DNA of 64,000 nt, taken from contig NC_068982.1 of NCBI RefSeq assembly GCF_001194135.2, forward strand, positions 157,769,306 through 157,833,305, given 5' to 3'. The position numbers and the translations under genes are program-made. The DNA is from Octopus bimaculoides (taxonomy: Eukaryota). Shown piece by piece: positions 63,774 to 64,000 of the stretch; the first letter of the stretch is position 1; every line of letters begins with the position of its first letter. Under the pieces are notes generated by a model. That model had not been told where the DNA came from. It searched no databases and was given only the letters and a program-made list of their open reading frames with translations.

Positions 63774-63837
63774 ATATGTGTGAGAGAGAGAGGGGGGAGA
63801 AAGAGTAGATGATCAGTAACGAAAAACCTCTAATCAT

Positions 63838-63980
63838 AGCTGTAGTGTAAGAAGTTTGCTTCCTAAGCACATGATTCTGGGTTCAGTCCTTCTGTGTGCC
63901 AGCTTGCGCAAATGTCTTCGACTATAACCTCACGCCGATCCAAAGCTTGTGAGTGGATTTGGTAGACGGAAACCTGTAGT
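63838..63980 (+). mobile_element. Family-B SINE head
   Basis: gggttcagtcc...caaatgtcttcgactataacctc..ccga.ccaaagcttgtgagtggatttggtagacggaaac. Confidence 0.85.
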
Positions 63981-64000
63981 TTATATATATATATATATAT

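Overview
AT-rich, microsatellite-saturated animal DNA with about 26 N-gaps, many of them flanked by (TA)n or (CA)n. The repeat make-up strongly suggests an octopus-like cephalopod short-read assembly (inference from recalled repeat families; no database search was possible). I found no host protein-coding gene, tRNA, rRNA or CRISPR array. Nearly all listed ORFs are simple-repeat or gap translations, so the window looks intergenic or intronic. The recognisable content is decayed mobile DNA: two CR1-group LINE remnants, three R4/Dong-like LINE fragments, Penelope-like (GIY-YIG and RT) remnants, a mariner 5' half, a mariner MITE, a DD37D/maT-like transposase remnant, Tigger-like and hAT-like ends, and at least four tRNA-derived SINE families (informally A-D). 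The most interesting structural signals are: (1) family-B SINEs nested in opposite orientation at the internal microsatellite of other family-B copies, twice, creating long inverted repeats; (2) an identical head-to-tail junction in two independent family-A SINE dimers; (3) three hammerhead-ribozyme-like motifs of the minimal Penelope type, all degenerate or variant; (4) Dong-like 3' ends embedded in (TAA)n. None of these is established as a new system; they are testable leads.
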